Source: Candidatus Eiseniibacteriota bacterium (GTDB taxonomy: Bacteria > Eisenbacteria > RBG-16-71-46). From it: a DNA stretch of 64,000 nt. Under the pieces are notes generated by a model. It was not told the origin of the DNA and ran no database searches. It saw only the letters and a list, made by a program, of their open reading frames with translations. The position numbers were made by a program, and so were the translations under genes. The stretch is from the NCBI GenBank assembly GCA_963725865.1, contig CAVSAC010000012.1, positions 448,001-512,000 of the forward strand. The letters are read 5' to 3'. Below are positions 48,726 to 59,105 of this stretch, in pieces; the stretch's first letter is position 1, and every line of letters starts with the position of its first letter.

Positions 48726-49913
48726 ATGCGCCTGACCAGCCCGATCCCGGGGGCGGAACGCCCTCGTGAAGCACTTCTCACAGCCGACGCCTGCCGCACT
48801 GCCGTTCGCCCGTTCCTGATCGCGCTCGGCCTCGCGGGCATGGCCGGCCTGCTGCTCGGCGGCTGCGGCGCCCGCAAGGCGCCCCGCAATCCCCGCGTCG
48901 CCGTCACCGTCGCCACGGTCGAGCGCCGCGACATGCCGCTCGCGTTGCTCGCCACCGGCGCGGTGGAGCCGGTCGAGACCGCCGACGTGGGCTCGCAGGT
49001 GGGCGGTGTGGTGACGCGCCTGGCGATCCGCGAAGGGCAGGAGGTCGCCGCCGGCCAGGTGATGATCGAGCTCGATGCGCGCCCGTTCCGCGCCGCCTAC
49101 GAGCAGGCGCGCGCCGTGCTGGCGCGCGACCTGGCGCAGTACTCGAGTGCGCGCGGCGACGCCGAGCGCGCCGACCGCATGGTGGAGCAGAACCTGATCT
49201 CGCCTTCCGAACACGACAAGACGGTGTCCACCGCCGAGGCGCTCCACGCCGCGGTGCGCGCCGACTCGGCGACGGTCGCGAACGCGCGTCTCAACCTCGA
49301 GTACGCCAGCATCCGCGCGCCGATCAGCGGCCGCGCCGGCGCGCTGCACGTCAACGTGGGCGATCTGGTCAAGGCCGCCACCTCCGAGCCGCTGGTGACC
49401 ATCAACCGCATGCGTCCGATCCGCGTGCGCTTCACGGTCTCGGAATCCGAGCTGCCGCTGGTGCAGCGCTACCGGAGCGCGGACCCGCGCGTGTGGGTGC
49501 GCGCCGCGGCCGGCGACTCGGTCGAGATCGAGGGCCGGCTCGTGTTCGTGGACAACACGGTCGATCCCGCGACCGGCACGCTGCTGCTCAAGGGTGAGTT
49601 CGCCAACCGCGACGGCAGGCTGTGGCCGGGCGAGTTCGTCGAGGTGCGGATGGTGCTCACGACCCAGAAGGGCGCGCTGGTGGTGCCCGCGCCCGCGGTG
49701 AGCAACGGCCAGCAGGGCACCTACGTCGTGGTGCTCAACCGCGACTCGACCACCACCTCGCGGCCGGTGCAGGTGACGAGCTCCGACGACGTGACCGCGG
49801 TGATCGCCGCGGGCCTCGAGCCGGGAGAGACCGTGATCACCGACGGGCAGTTCCGCATCAGCCCCGGCGCCAAGGTGATGGTGCGCGCGGGCGCGGGAGG
49901 CGCGCGCCCGTGA
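48726..49913 (+). CDS. RND efflux periplasmic adaptor (MdtA-like); start uncertain
   Basis: Lipobox-like LGGC, IRAPISGR.G, DNTVDPATGT..LK..F.N....LWPG.FV. Confidence 0.88.
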   Translation: MRLTSPIPGAERPREALLTADACRTAVRPFLIALGLAGMAGLLLGGCGARKAPRNPRVAVTVATVERRDMPLALLATGAVEPVETADVGSQVGGVVTRLAIREGQEVAAGQVMIELDARPFRAAYEQARAVLARDLAQYSSARGDAERADRMVEQNLISPSEHDKTVSTAEALHAAVRADSATVANARLNLEYASIRAPISGRAGALHVNVGDLVKAATSEPLVTINRMRPIRVRFTVSESELPLVQRYRSADPRVWVRAAAGDSVEIEGRLVFVDNTVDPATGTLLLKGEFANRDGRLWPGEFVEVRMVLTTQKGALVVPAPAVSNGQQGTYVVVLNRDSTTTSRPVQVTSSDDVTAVIAAGLEPGETVITDGQFRISPGAKVMVRAGAGGARP

Positions 49914-52900
49914 ACCTCTCGGGACTGTTCATCCGGAGGCCGATCGCCACCACGCTGATCATGGTGGGAGTGTTGTTCTTCGGCATGGTGGGCTATTCCA
50001 GGCTGCCGCTGAGCGACCTGCCCAACGTCGACTACCCCATCATCTCGGTGAACGCCAGCCTGCCCGGGGCGAGCCCCGAGACCATGGCGTCCGCGGTCGC
50101 CACGCCGCTCGAGAAGCAGTTCTCGACCATCCCCGGCCTCGAGGTGATGACCTCCTCGTCGAGCCAGGGCAGCACCAGTATCACGCTCCAGTTCACGCTC
50201 GAGCGCGAGATCGACGCCGCGGCGCAGGACGTGCAGTCGGCGATCGCGCAGACACTGCGGCGGCTGCCCTCGGGCATCCTCGCGCCGTCCTACCAGAAGG
50301 TGAACCCGGCCGGCGCCCCCATCCTGATGGTCGGTCTGACGTCGTCGATGATGTCGCTGCAGGATCTCGACGAGTACGCCGAGAACTTCCTGGCGCAACG
50401 GATCTCGATGGTCGACGGCGTGGCGCAGGTGCAGGTGTTCGGCGCGCAGAAGTACGCGGTGCGCGTGCGGCTCAACCCGCACGCACTCAACGCGCGCCAG
50501 GTCGGCATCGACGAGGTCGCGAGCGCGATCAACAGCGGCAACGTCAACCTGCCGACCGGCATCCTGTGGGGCCCCAACCGCACCGCCACCGTCCAGGTCA
50601 ACGGCCAGCTACAGAACGCGAAGGACTTCGGCAACCTGATCGTGTCGTGGCGCGACGGCGCGCCGGTACGGGTGCGCGACCTGGGCGAGGTGATCGACGA
50701 CGTTCAGAACAACCGGGCCGTCAGCTGGGCGCACGGCCAGCGCTCCATCGTGCTCGCGATCCAGCGCCAGCCCGGCACCAACACCGTCGAGGTCGCCGAC
50801 CGGGTGCAAGCGCTGCTCAAGCGGCTTCGGCCCCAGCTGCCCACGTCGGTGGAGATGTTCCCGCTCTACGACCGCTCGATCTCGATCCGCAACTCGGTCA
50901 CGGACGTGCAGTTCACGCTGCTGCTCACGTTCGCGCTGGTGGTGCTGGTCATCTTCCTGTTCCTGAAGAACCTCTCCGCCACCGTGATCCCGAGCCTGGC
51001 GCTGCCGCTGTCGGTGGTGGGCACGTTCGCGGTGATGAGCCGCATGGGCTACAACCTCGACAACCTCTCGCTGATGGCGCTCACGCTCTCGGTCGGCTTC
51101 GTGGTCGACGACGCCATCGTGATGCTCGAGAACATCCACCGGCACCTCGAGCTGGGCAAGCCGCCGCTGCGCGCAGCGCTCGACGGCTCGCGCGAGATCG
51201 GCTTCACCATCCTGTCGATGACGCTGTCGCTGGTGGCGGTGTTCATCCCCGTGCTGTTCATGGGCGGACTGCTGGGCCGGCTGTTCCACGAGTTCGCGGT
51301 CACCATCAGCGCCGCCATCCTGGTCTCGGGCTTCGTCTCGCTCACCCTGACGCCCATGCTGTGCAGCCGCTTCCTCAAGGCCGAGCACGGCCAGCAGCGC
51401 CACGGCCGGTTCTACCGCGTGACCGAGGCCGGCTATCAGGCCATGCTCGGCTTCTACATGCGCACGCTCGGCTGGGTGATGGACCACCGCCGTAGCGCGC
51501 TGGCGTTCTCGGCCGCGATCCTGGTGGCCACGGTGGCGCTGTTCGGCATCGTGCCCAAGGGCTTCGTGCCGAGCGAGGACACCGGCCAGATCCAGGGCAG
51601 TACCGAGACGCCCGAGGGCACCTCGTTCGAATCCATGGTGCGCCATCAGCAGGAGGTGGCGGCGATCGTGGCCAAGGACCCCAACATCCAGGACTTCATG
51701 TCGGCGGCGGGCGGCGGTGGCGGCGGCACCAGCAACACCGGACGACTGTTCATCCGCCTCAAGCCGCGCGCGCAGCGCAAGCTCTCGGCCGACGAGGTCA
51801 TCGCCTCGCTGCAGCCCAAGCTCGCCCGCGTCCCCGGCATCCGCGTCTACCTCAACAACCCGCCGGCCATCCAGGTGGGCGGGCGCGTCGCCAAGAGCCA
51901 GTACCAGTACACGCTCCAGAGCACCGACATGACGGCGCTCTACGATGGCGCCAACACGCTGCTGACGCGGCTGCAGAACGAGCCCGGGCTGCAGGACGTG
52001 AGCAGCGACCTGCAGATCCGCAATCCCCAGGTCCAGGTGGACATCGACCGCGAGCGCGCCGCCGCGGTCGGGGTCACCGTGCTGCAGATCGAGCAGGCGC
52101 TCTACAGCGCCTACGGCTCGGCGCAGGTGTCGACCATCTACACGCCCAACGACCAGTACTGGGTCATCATGGAGCTGATGCCGCAGTTCCAGCGCGATCC
52201 GTCGGCGCTGTCGATCCTGTCGGTGCGCTCGAAGTCGGGCGCGCTGATCCCGCTCGGCGCGGTGGCGCGCCTGTCGCCGGCGGTGGGGCCGCTCTCGGTC
52301 AATCACGCCGGGCAGATCCCGGCGGTGACGCTGTCGTTCAACCTGCGCCCCGGGGTGTCGCTGGGCGAGGGCACCGCGGCGGTCGAGAAGGTGGCGCGCG
52401 AGGTGCTGCCGTCGAGCATCTCCACCAACTTCTTCGGCACCGCCCAGGTGTTCCAGTCGAGCCAGCAGGGCCTGCTGTGGCTGCTGGTGCTCGCGGTGAT
52501 GGTGATCTACCTGGTGCTGGGCGTGCTGTACGAGAGCTTCATCCACCCGCTCACGATCCTGTCCGGCCTGCCGTTCGCGGGCTTCGGGGCGCTGCTCACG
52601 CTGCTGGTGTTCCGCACCGAGCTGGGCGTGTACGCGTTCGTCGGGGTGATCATGCTGGTCGGGCTGGTGAAGAAGAACGCGATCATGATGATCGACTTCG
52701 CGCTCGCCGCCGAGCGCACCGAGGGCAAGCCCCCGCGCGACGCCATCATCGAGGCCTGCAGCATCCGCTTCCGGCCGATCATGATGACCACGATGGCCGC
52801 GCTGATGGGCACGCTGCCGATCGCGATCGGTTTCGGTTCGGGCGCCGAGTCGCGGCGTCCGCTGGGACTGGCGGTGGTGGGCGGGCTGGCGTTCTCGCAG

Positions 52901-53047
52901 ATCGTCACGCTGTACGTGACCCCGGTGTTCTACACCTACCTCGACGCGTTCCAGCGCCGAGTGGGCGGGGGCCGCAAGCGACGCGCGGTGCCGGTCGCGG
53001 AACCGCCGGTCACGCGACCCGTCGAGGGAGCGGCCGCGGGCGCCTGA
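49910..53047 (+). CDS. RND efflux permease (MdtB/MdtC-like)
   Basis: FIRRPIATTL, PGASPETMAS.VATPLE, GFVVDDAIVMLEN, GLVKKNAIMMIDFA, RFRPIMMTT. Confidence 0.93.
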   Translation: MNLSGLFIRRPIATTLIMVGVLFFGMVGYSRLPLSDLPNVDYPIISVNASLPGASPETMASAVATPLEKQFSTIPGLEVMTSSSSQGSTSITLQFTLEREIDAAAQDVQSAIAQTLRRLPSGILAPSYQKVNPAGAPILMVGLTSSMMSLQDLDEYAENFLAQRISMVDGVAQVQVFGAQKYAVRVRLNPHALNARQVGIDEVASAINSGNVNLPTGILWGPNRTATVQVNGQLQNAKDFGNLIVSWRDGAPVRVRDLGEVIDDVQNNRAVSWAHGQRSIVLAIQRQPGTNTVEVADRVQALLKRLRPQLPTSVEMFPLYDRSISIRNSVTDVQFTLLLTFALVVLVIFLFLKNLSATVIPSLALPLSVVGTFAVMSRMGYNLDNLSLMALTLSVGFVVDDAIVMLENIHRHLELGKPPLRAALDGSREIGFTILSMTLSLVAVFIPVLFMGGLLGRLFHEFAVTISAAILVSGFVSLTLTPMLCSRFLKAEHGQQRHGRFYRVTEAGYQAMLGFYMRTLGWVMDHRRSALAFSAAILVATVALFGIVPKGFVPSEDTGQIQGSTETPEGTSFESMVRHQQEVAAIVAKDPNIQDFMSAAGGGGGGTSNTGRLFIRLKPRAQRKLSADEVIASLQPKLARVPGIRVYLNNPPAIQVGGRVAKSQYQYTLQSTDMTALYDGANTLLTRLQNEPGLQDVSSDLQIRNPQVQVDIDRERAAAVGVTVLQIEQALYSAYGSAQVSTIYTPNDQYWVIMELMPQFQRDPSALSILSVRSKSGALIPLGAVARLSPAVGPLSVNHAGQIPAVTLSFNLRPGVSLGEGTAAVEKVAREVLPSSISTNFFGTAQVFQSSQQGLLWLLVLAVMVIYLVLGVLYESFIHPLTILSGLPFAGFGALLTLLVFRTELGVYAFVGVIMLVGLVKKNAIMMIDFALAAERTEGKPPRDAIIEACSIRFRPIMMTTMAALMGTLPIAIGFGSGAESRRPLGLAVVGGLAFSQIVTLYVTPVFYTYLDAFQRRVGGGRKRRAVPVAEPPVTRPVEGAAAGA

Positions 53048-53066
53048 GCGGGCGCGCGGCCGCCGC

Positions 53067-54578
53067 TCAGCGGCGAGAGCGGCGGCCCGCGCGGACCGGA
53101 GCGGTGGCCGGGACCGGGGCCGGCGCCACCGGCGGAGCTGCCGGCGAGGTCAGCGTGTCCGCGGGAGGCACCCGGCGGGCGTAGAGCACGTAGCCGTCGG
53201 CGTTCCCGCGCTTCTCGTAGCGCTCGCGCAGCGCGGTCACGGCGTCGTCGCCGAGATGGAAGTCGTGGTACCAGCGCGGCGCTCCGGTCTCCAGATCGGT
53301 CTCGAGCACCACCAGGCTCCAGCGCCCTGCCGCGAGGTCGGCCACCATCCGCCGCGCGGCGCGGTCGCCGTCGCGCTCGAGCGAGCGGAACGTGGCGGGG
53401 TCGGCCAGCGGTGAACGGCGGCCCGCGGCCAGCACCACCAGCGGATCCTCCGCGAACACCGATCCAGTGTCGGCGCGCACGGCGGCCAGCACCGCGTCCC
53501 GCCGCGCCGCCGGGTCGTCGGCCTGGCGGTTGAACGACTGCAGATCGCGCCAGCTCGCGGCGCACACGACGACCGTCACCAGCGCCGCCGGCAGCGCGAC
53601 CGCGCGGGCGCCGATGCGCTCGCACCAGATGCCTCCGGCGACCGCCGCGAACGCCGCCAGCTCGATCAGGTGATTGTGATCGGAGCCGCGGTTGCTCAGC
53701 ACCACGAGCGCGAGCGCGAGCGTCGCCACCGCGAACGAACGCACCGGCCGGTGCCGGGTCTCGCGCGACGTCACGAACGCCAGCGCCAGCGCGGCGGCGG
53801 CCGCCAGCTCGGCGAACGCGCCGAGGTAGCGCAGCAGCTCGGCGGGACCGCGCAGCGCGTGCCCGGTGTTGGGCGGTGAGGCGAGCAGGGTGCCGAGCGC
53901 CGAGCTGTACCAGGCGGCACCGTGGAACGGCAGGGTGACGAGCGTGCCGAGTGCCACGAACAACACGAAGCGGGCCACGAAGCGGATCGCCGGGACCGCC
54001 TGCTGCTGGTTCACCGCCCAGATCACGATCGCCACCGGCAGCGTGAGCGTCGAGAGCTTGGTCAGCCAGCCGAGCGCGGCGAGCATCGCGGTGAGCCACC
54101 CGCGCTGCTCGCGGTCGAGGTTCCAGGCGGCGAGCGCCGCGATCGAGCACGCGGCGGCGAGCAGGTCGGCCCGCCCCGCGAGCGAGGCGGCCTTGAACGG
54201 GAATGCGGCGATGATCAGCGCGAGCGCCACCGCCGCCCCCGCCGCGCTCCCACCGGTCGCCACCGCGGCCGCGAACACCGCCGCGAGCAGCGCGACCGCC
54301 GACAACAGCGAGGCCCAGCGCAGCGCGGCGCGCCACGACATGCCGCTGCCGTGCAGCGCCGCCACCAGCAGCGGGAACGGCGGCGCGTAGATCGTGCCGA
54401 GGAACACTCCGCTGCGCTCGGCGCCGGGCGCCTCTTCGTGCAACGTCGCGTCGGCGAGCGCGGCGACCGTGCCGGCGGTGTGGTTCATGCCCGTGTAGCC
54501 GTCCCACGTGCGAACGAGCGAGACGATCCACGCGGTCAGCGCGATCACCAGGACGAGGAGCGCGGAACGGAAGGACAT
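53067..54578 (-). CDS. Polytopic membrane protein, ArnT/GT-C-like
   Basis: IYAPPFP.L, RADLL and TK motifs, many TM helices, and a soluble C-terminal domain. Confidence 0.6.
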   Translation of the reverse strand: MSFRSALLVLVIALTAWIVSLVRTWDGYTGMNHTAGTVAALADATLHEEAPGAERSGVFLGTIYAPPFPLLVAALHGSGMSWRAALRWASLLSAVALLAAVFAAAVATGGSAAGAAVALALIIAAFPFKAASLAGRADLLAAACSIAALAAWNLDREQRGWLTAMLAALGWLTKLSTLTLPVAIVIWAVNQQQAVPAIRFVARFVLFVALGTLVTLPFHGAAWYSSALGTLLASPPNTGHALRGPAELLRYLGAFAELAAAAALALAFVTSRETRHRPVRSFAVATLALALVVLSNRGSDHNHLIELAAFAAVAGGIWCERIGARAVALPAALVTVVVCAASWRDLQSFNRQADDPAARRDAVLAAVRADTGSVFAEDPLVVLAAGRRSPLADPATFRSLERDGDRAARRMVADLAAGRWSLVVLETDLETGAPRWYHDFHLGDDAVTALRERYEKRGNADGYVLYARRVPPADTLTSPAAPPVAPAPVPATAPVRAGRRSRR

Positions 54579-54593
54579 GCTCGCGGGGTCGTG

Positions 54594-55592
54594 CTACCAG
54601 CGCACGGCCGCCGCCCCCCATGCGAAGCCGCTGCCGAAGGCGGCCAGCACCACGAGGTCCCCCGCCTTCACGCGCCCGGCGTCGCGCGCCTCGGTCAGCG
54701 CGATCGGGATGCTGGCGGCGGTGGTGTTGCCGTACCGCTCGATGTTCTGGAACACCTTCTCGGGCGGTAGCCCGAGCCGCTCGCCCACAGCGTCGGCGAT
54801 GCGCTGGTTGGCCTGGTGCGGCACCAGCAGCGCGAGGTCGGAGAGCGAGTGGCCCGCGCGCTCGAGCACCTCGAGGATGACCTCGGGGAACCGCGTAGTG
54901 GCATGCTTGAAGACCTGACGGCCGTTCATGCGCGGGAACTGGCGCCCGGCCGCGAGCATCTCGGGCGTGATACGGCCCGGCACGTTGGAGCTGGGCGCCT
55001 CGCACCAGAGCTCCTGCGCGTGACGGCCCTCGCTGTGGAGCGCCCACGCCAGCACGCCGCGCCCGTCGTCGCAGGGCTCCAGCACCACCGCGCCGGCGCC
55101 GTCGCCGAACAGCACCGCCATGTCGCGGCCCTCGGTGCGCATGTCGAGCCCGGTGCTCTGCACCTCCGCGCCGATCACCAGCACGCAGCGATGGGTGCCG
55201 AGCCGCACGAACGAGTCGGCGACCGCGAGCCCGTACAGGAACCCGCTGCACGCGTTGCGCACGTCGAGCGCGCCCACCGTGCCGAGGCCCAGCGCGTCCT
55301 GCGCCAGCACGCCCGCGCCCGGGAACATGTAGTCGGGGGTGGTGGTGGCGAACACCACGAAATCCACCTCGGCCGGCGTGCGGCCGGCGTCGGCGAGCGC
55401 GCGCCGCGCGGCCTCGACGCCGAGCGCCGAGGCGCCCACGCCGGCGCCCGGCTCGACGAAGTGGCGCTCGCGGATGCCGGTGCGCTCCACGATCCAGGCG
55501 TCGCTCGTGTCCATGATGTGCTCGAGGTCGTGGTTGGTGACCACGCGCTCGGGCACGTGGAACCCGATGCCGGTGATCCGCGATCGCGTCAC
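54594..55592 (-). CDS. fabH: 3-oxoacyl-ACP synthase III
   Basis: WIVERTGIRER, ACSGF, FGDGAGA, PHQAN, GNTTAASIP. Confidence 0.93.
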   Translation of the reverse strand: MTRSRITGIGFHVPERVVTNHDLEHIMDTSDAWIVERTGIRERHFVEPGAGVGASALGVEAARRALADAGRTPAEVDFVVFATTTPDYMFPGAGVLAQDALGLGTVGALDVRNACSGFLYGLAVADSFVRLGTHRCVLVIGAEVQSTGLDMRTEGRDMAVLFGDGAGAVVLEPCDDGRGVLAWALHSEGRHAQELWCEAPSSNVPGRITPEMLAAGRQFPRMNGRQVFKHATTRFPEVILEVLERAGHSLSDLALLVPHQANQRIADAVGERLGLPPEKVFQNIERYGNTTAASIPIALTEARDAGRVKAGDLVVLAAFGSGFAWGAAAVRW

Positions 55593-55602
55593 GAGGACCT
55601 CC

Positions 55603-56382
55603 TCATCCCGTCGGCCTGAGCAGCGACAGGTACGCGGTCACGAGCGGATCGCCCCACAGGTACGCGGCCAGCGCGGCGGGCGCGAGGAAGGCGCCGAACG
55701 GCAGCTCGGTCCGCAGCTGGCCGCGCCCGCGCGCGATCAGGAGGCCGCCCGTGATGCTGCCCGCCAGCGCGCCGACGAAGATCGCGAGGATGGTCACCCA
55801 CGGCCCCAGCAGCACGCCGAACATGAGGCCGAGTTTGATGTCGCCGAATCCCATGCCATCCACCTTGAGCACCTTCTCCCAGAACAGCAGCAGCAGGAAC
55901 AGCGGCGCCGCGCCCAGCACGGCACCGTACATCCAGAACCGCGGACCCATCGGGAGCGCCGCGATCAGTCCCACGACGAGCCCCGGGAACGTGAGCGCGT
56001 CGGGTAGCAGCTTCTCGTCGAGGTCGATCCAGAACAGGGCGATCAGCAGCACGCCCCACGCCAGCACGAACGGAAGCGTCCAGTCGAGGCCGACGTGCGC
56101 CGCCGCCAGCACCGCCCAGGTCCCACACATCAACTCGGTGAGCGGATAGCGCCACGCGACCCGCGCGCCACAATGGCGGCAGCGCCCGAGCGAGAACGCC
56201 CACGACAGCACCGGCACCAGGTCGAACACGCCGAGCACGTGGCCGCAGCTGGGGCAGCGCGAGCGCCCGTGGACCCACGAGAGCCCGCGCGGAAGTCGGT
56301 AGACGATCGCGGTCACCGCGCTGCCGAGCACCAGACCGAACACGCCCGCGCAGGCGAGCAGATACCACTCGAGGAGGCTCAA
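55603..56382 (-). CDS. pilD: Prepilin peptidase
   Basis: RSRCPSC...GRCRHC, IDLD..LLPD, GMGFGDIKL, LPFGAFL; TTG start inferred from GGAG. Confidence 0.9.
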   Translation of the reverse strand: MSLLEWYLLACAGVFGLVLGSAVTAIVYRLPRGLSWVHGRSRCPSCGHVLGVFDLVPVLSWAFSLGRCRHCGARVAWRYPLTELMCGTWAVLAAAHVGLDWTLPFVLAWGVLLIALFWIDLDEKLLPDALTFPGLVVGLIAALPMGPRFWMYGAVLGAAPLFLLLLFWEKVLKVDGMGFGDIKLGLMFGVLLGPWVTILAIFVGALAGSITGGLLIARGRGQLRTELPFGAFLAPAALAAYLWGDPLVTAYLSLLRPTG

Positions 56383-56472
56383 GCGCCACTCCGGACGTTG
56401 AACCGCGGACGCCGGTCGGGCACAATGCTCGTGGCACCACAACCCGCGCCGCAGCCAGGACCCATCGGACCC

Positions 56473-56793
56473 ATGCGCATCGTCCTCTTCCTCGCGATGG
56501 TGGCGAACAGCTTCGATCTGGTCGTCACCTCATTCGGCATCCACTGGTTCGGCAATCGCGAGGGCAACCCGCTGCTGGCCGGCCTCGCCCACCATCACTG
56601 GTGGATGTTCGTCCTGCTCAAGGGCCTGATCATCCCAGCCCTGATCTGGCACCTGTACCGCCGGCGCCGGTCGACCCCCCAGCTGGCGACCGCGGGGCTC
56701 GCCCTGGTGGCCCTGGCCCTCACGATCGCGGTCGGTCAGTGGCTCGGCTGGATGGCGGGCGTGGTCCACGTCGGCCGGCTGCCGGGATTCTGA
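56473..56793 (+). CDS. DUF5658-like small membrane protein
   Basis: N.FD...T..G......EGNPL motif; three TM helices. Confidence 0.65.
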   Translation: MRIVLFLAMVANSFDLVVTSFGIHWFGNREGNPLLAGLAHHHWWMFVLLKGLIIPALIWHLYRRRRSTPQLATAGLALVALALTIAVGQWLGWMAGVVHVGRLPGF

Positions 56794-56796
56794 TCG

Positions 56797-58062
56797 CTAC
56801 TGCTGGTCGGGCAGGATGCGCGGCGTGACCTCGATGATGAGATCCTTCTTGCTCGTGGTGATGCTCTGGTGCTGGAACAGCCACCCGAGCCCCGGAATCT
56901 GCCCGAGCAGCGGCACCTTGGTCACGTTGACGGTCTTCTCCTCGCTCAGCAGGCCGCCGATGATGACGGAGTTGCCGTCCTTGAGTCGCACGGTGGTCGT
57001 CGCCTGTCGGGTCGAGACCACCGGCAGGTCGGCGAACTGGCCGCGGAAGCCGGTGACGGTCGAGACCTCGGGCGTGATCTCGGTGGTGATGTAGCCGTCG
57101 GCGTTGATGAGCGGCGTGATCCGCAGCTTGATGCCGACCTCTTCCTTCTGGATCGTCTGGGTCTGCGCGCCCGCGCCGCCGGCGAACGTCGTCCCGGTGA
57201 CCACGTACGGGATGCGCTGGCCGATCAGCATCGTCGCTTCCTTGCCGTTGAGCGTGGCGATCTTGGGATTCGCGAGCACGCGCCCGTTGCCCTCGCGCAG
57301 CACCAGGTCGAGCGCGACGTTGAACGCCTTGGCCTGGCGGCTCATGCGGCGCGCCTGATACGCGTCGCCGGTGCCGGGCGAGGACTCGATGTAGGGCATC
57401 GTCGTGGGCGGGGCGTCGATCGGCGAGCTCCCCGGATTGCCCTCCACGATGATGAAGCCCTGGCGGGTGAGCAGGTCCCAATCGAGCCCGAGCTTCTTGG
57501 TGTCGTCGACCGAGACCTCGACGATGCGCGCCTCGAGCATGACCTGGCGCGCAGGAACGTCGAGGCGCTGGACCAGGTTGAGGATCTCCGAGATCACGCG
57601 CGGGCTGGTGAGCACGATCAGCCGGTTGCCGCCGCGATCCACCTCGATCTGGGCGTTCAGGTCCTTGAGCGCCGCCCGGACGTCCTCGGCGTTGGCGTAC
57701 TTGAGATCCACCACGTAGGACGACAGGCCGGTCTCCGCCTGCAGCGAGCGGGCTTCGGCCACCAGGATGCTGTTGCCGATGCGCTCGTACGCGAGGCCCG
57801 CGGCGCGCACCACCAGGTTGACCGCCTGGTCGAGCGGCACGTCCTTCATATGGATCGAGATCCGACCGTTCGCCACTCCCGGACCGGTGACGATGTTCAG
57901 GTCGCCCTTCTCGGCCAGGATCTTGAGCACGCTCGGCAGGTTCGCATCCTCGGCGTCGAGCGAGATGAGCTTGTCTGCGGCCGTCAGCGGCGCTGCGAAG
58001 GCGAGCAGCGCCGCCAGCGCGGCCAGGCTGGCCCGCACGAGCCGACCTCTCGGGATCCTCAC
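56797..58062 (-). CDS. pilQ: Secretin (PilQ/GspD family), short form
   Basis: QVMLEARIVEV, LANPKIATLNGKEA, GIKLRITP, VPLLGQIPGLGWLF, VTPRI. Confidence 0.88.
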   Translation of the reverse strand: MRIPRGRLVRASLAALAALLAFAAPLTAADKLISLDAEDANLPSVLKILAEKGDLNIVTGPGVANGRISIHMKDVPLDQAVNLVVRAAGLAYERIGNSILVAEARSLQAETGLSSYVVDLKYANAEDVRAALKDLNAQIEVDRGGNRLIVLTSPRVISEILNLVQRLDVPARQVMLEARIVEVSVDDTKKLGLDWDLLTRQGFIIVEGNPGSSPIDAPPTTMPYIESSPGTGDAYQARRMSRQAKAFNVALDLVLREGNGRVLANPKIATLNGKEATMLIGQRIPYVVTGTTFAGGAGAQTQTIQKEEVGIKLRITPLINADGYITTEITPEVSTVTGFRGQFADLPVVSTRQATTTVRLKDGNSVIIGGLLSEEKTVNVTKVPLLGQIPGLGWLFQHQSITTSKKDLIIEVTPRILPDQQ

Positions 58063-58065
58063 GCG

Positions 58066-58551
58066 TCATTCTCCTTTCTTGGGCAGCGTGAGGACGATGC
58101 GCTCGCCCCCGCGCTCCAGCAGGACCTGTTCACGGTTGATGCTGACCACGCGGAAGTCCGCGAACAGGGCGTTCTCCCGTACCGAAAAGTCGCGCCCGTT
58201 CCAGCGCACGGTGGCGCGGGGGTCGTTGTCCCACACGATCGAGGTGAGCAGCGGCTTGGGCGGGGGTGGCGGCGGCACCACGCGCGTCACGACGTGCGTG
58301 GTCGTCGTGGTCGTCGCCGCGACGGTGATCGAGAACGGGTCCCGCGCGACCTGGGGCGCGGGCGTGCCACCCACGTCGGCGATCAGACGGTCGAGCGGGG
58401 CATACGGGTCGACCAGGGGTGGACGCGGCTGCTGCAGCCCATGCCGCCACGTACCCGAGGCCAACAGCGCCGAGCGGGTCTGCACCAGCATCACCGCCAG
58501 CAGCACGGTGGCCAGCAACGGCGCGATCAGCCCGCTGGCGTCACGCTTCAT
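58066..58551 (-). CDS. PilP/GspC-like pilus assembly protein
   Basis: N-terminal TM helix, RDPF motif, beta domain; sits between pilO and the secretin. Confidence 0.6.
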   Translation of the reverse strand: MKRDASGLIAPLLATVLLAVMLVQTRSALLASGTWRHGLQQPRPPLVDPYAPLDRLIADVGGTPAPQVARDPFSITVAATTTTTTHVVTRVVPPPPPPKPLLTSIVWDNDPRATVRWNGRDFSVRENALFADFRVVSINREQVLLERGGERIVLTLPKKGE

Positions 58552-59105
58552 CGCCGGCCCCCTTCGCGCTTGAGCACCAGGCGGCTCACCCACGCCTCGA
58601 TCAGCAGGCCGCTGGACTGCGGGGCGAGCGTGAAGCGATCCACCGCGATGAGGTGGGGGCCCCGCGAGAGCGCATCGATGAAACTCACGAACTCGAAGTA
58701 GGTGCCGCGCAGGGTCAGGTGCGCGCGGGCGATCGTCGAGCCCTCCTGCTGGGAGATCGGGCCGGGCTCGGAAGCGAGCACCTCGACTCCACAGCGCTGC
58801 GAGATCGCAGTCATCTCCTCGAGCAGCCGCGCGGCCAGCACTCCGGAGCTGGCCTGCTCGACTGCCGCGGCGGGTGGCATCGAGTTGTCGGTCACGCGCG
58901 CGAACACGCGCGGTGGCAGCACCGGCTCCGGCTGCGCCGGGTCGACCGAGAGCCCGAGCGCCTTCGCGCGGGCCACGGCGCCCTCGTAGCGGCGCATGGC
59001 CGGCATGAACAGGATCTGGTGCGACAGCATGAGAATCACGAACACGATCGTCGCACCGGCCAGGGGCCAGTGCCGGCGGAGGGCGGCGGCCACGAGAGGA
59101 TTCAT
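58548..59105 (-). CDS. PilO/GspM-like protein
   Basis: TM helix, then L.LRGTY..FV.FI..L; operon position and overlapping start/stop codons. Confidence 0.7.
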   Translation of the reverse strand: MNPLVAAALRRHWPLAGATIVFVILMLSHQILFMPAMRRYEGAVARAKALGLSVDPAQPEPVLPPRVFARVTDNSMPPAAAVEQASSGVLAARLLEEMTAISQRCGVEVLASEPGPISQQEGSTIARAHLTLRGTYFEFVSFIDALSRGPHLIAVDRFTLAPQSSGLLIEAWVSRLVLKREGGRR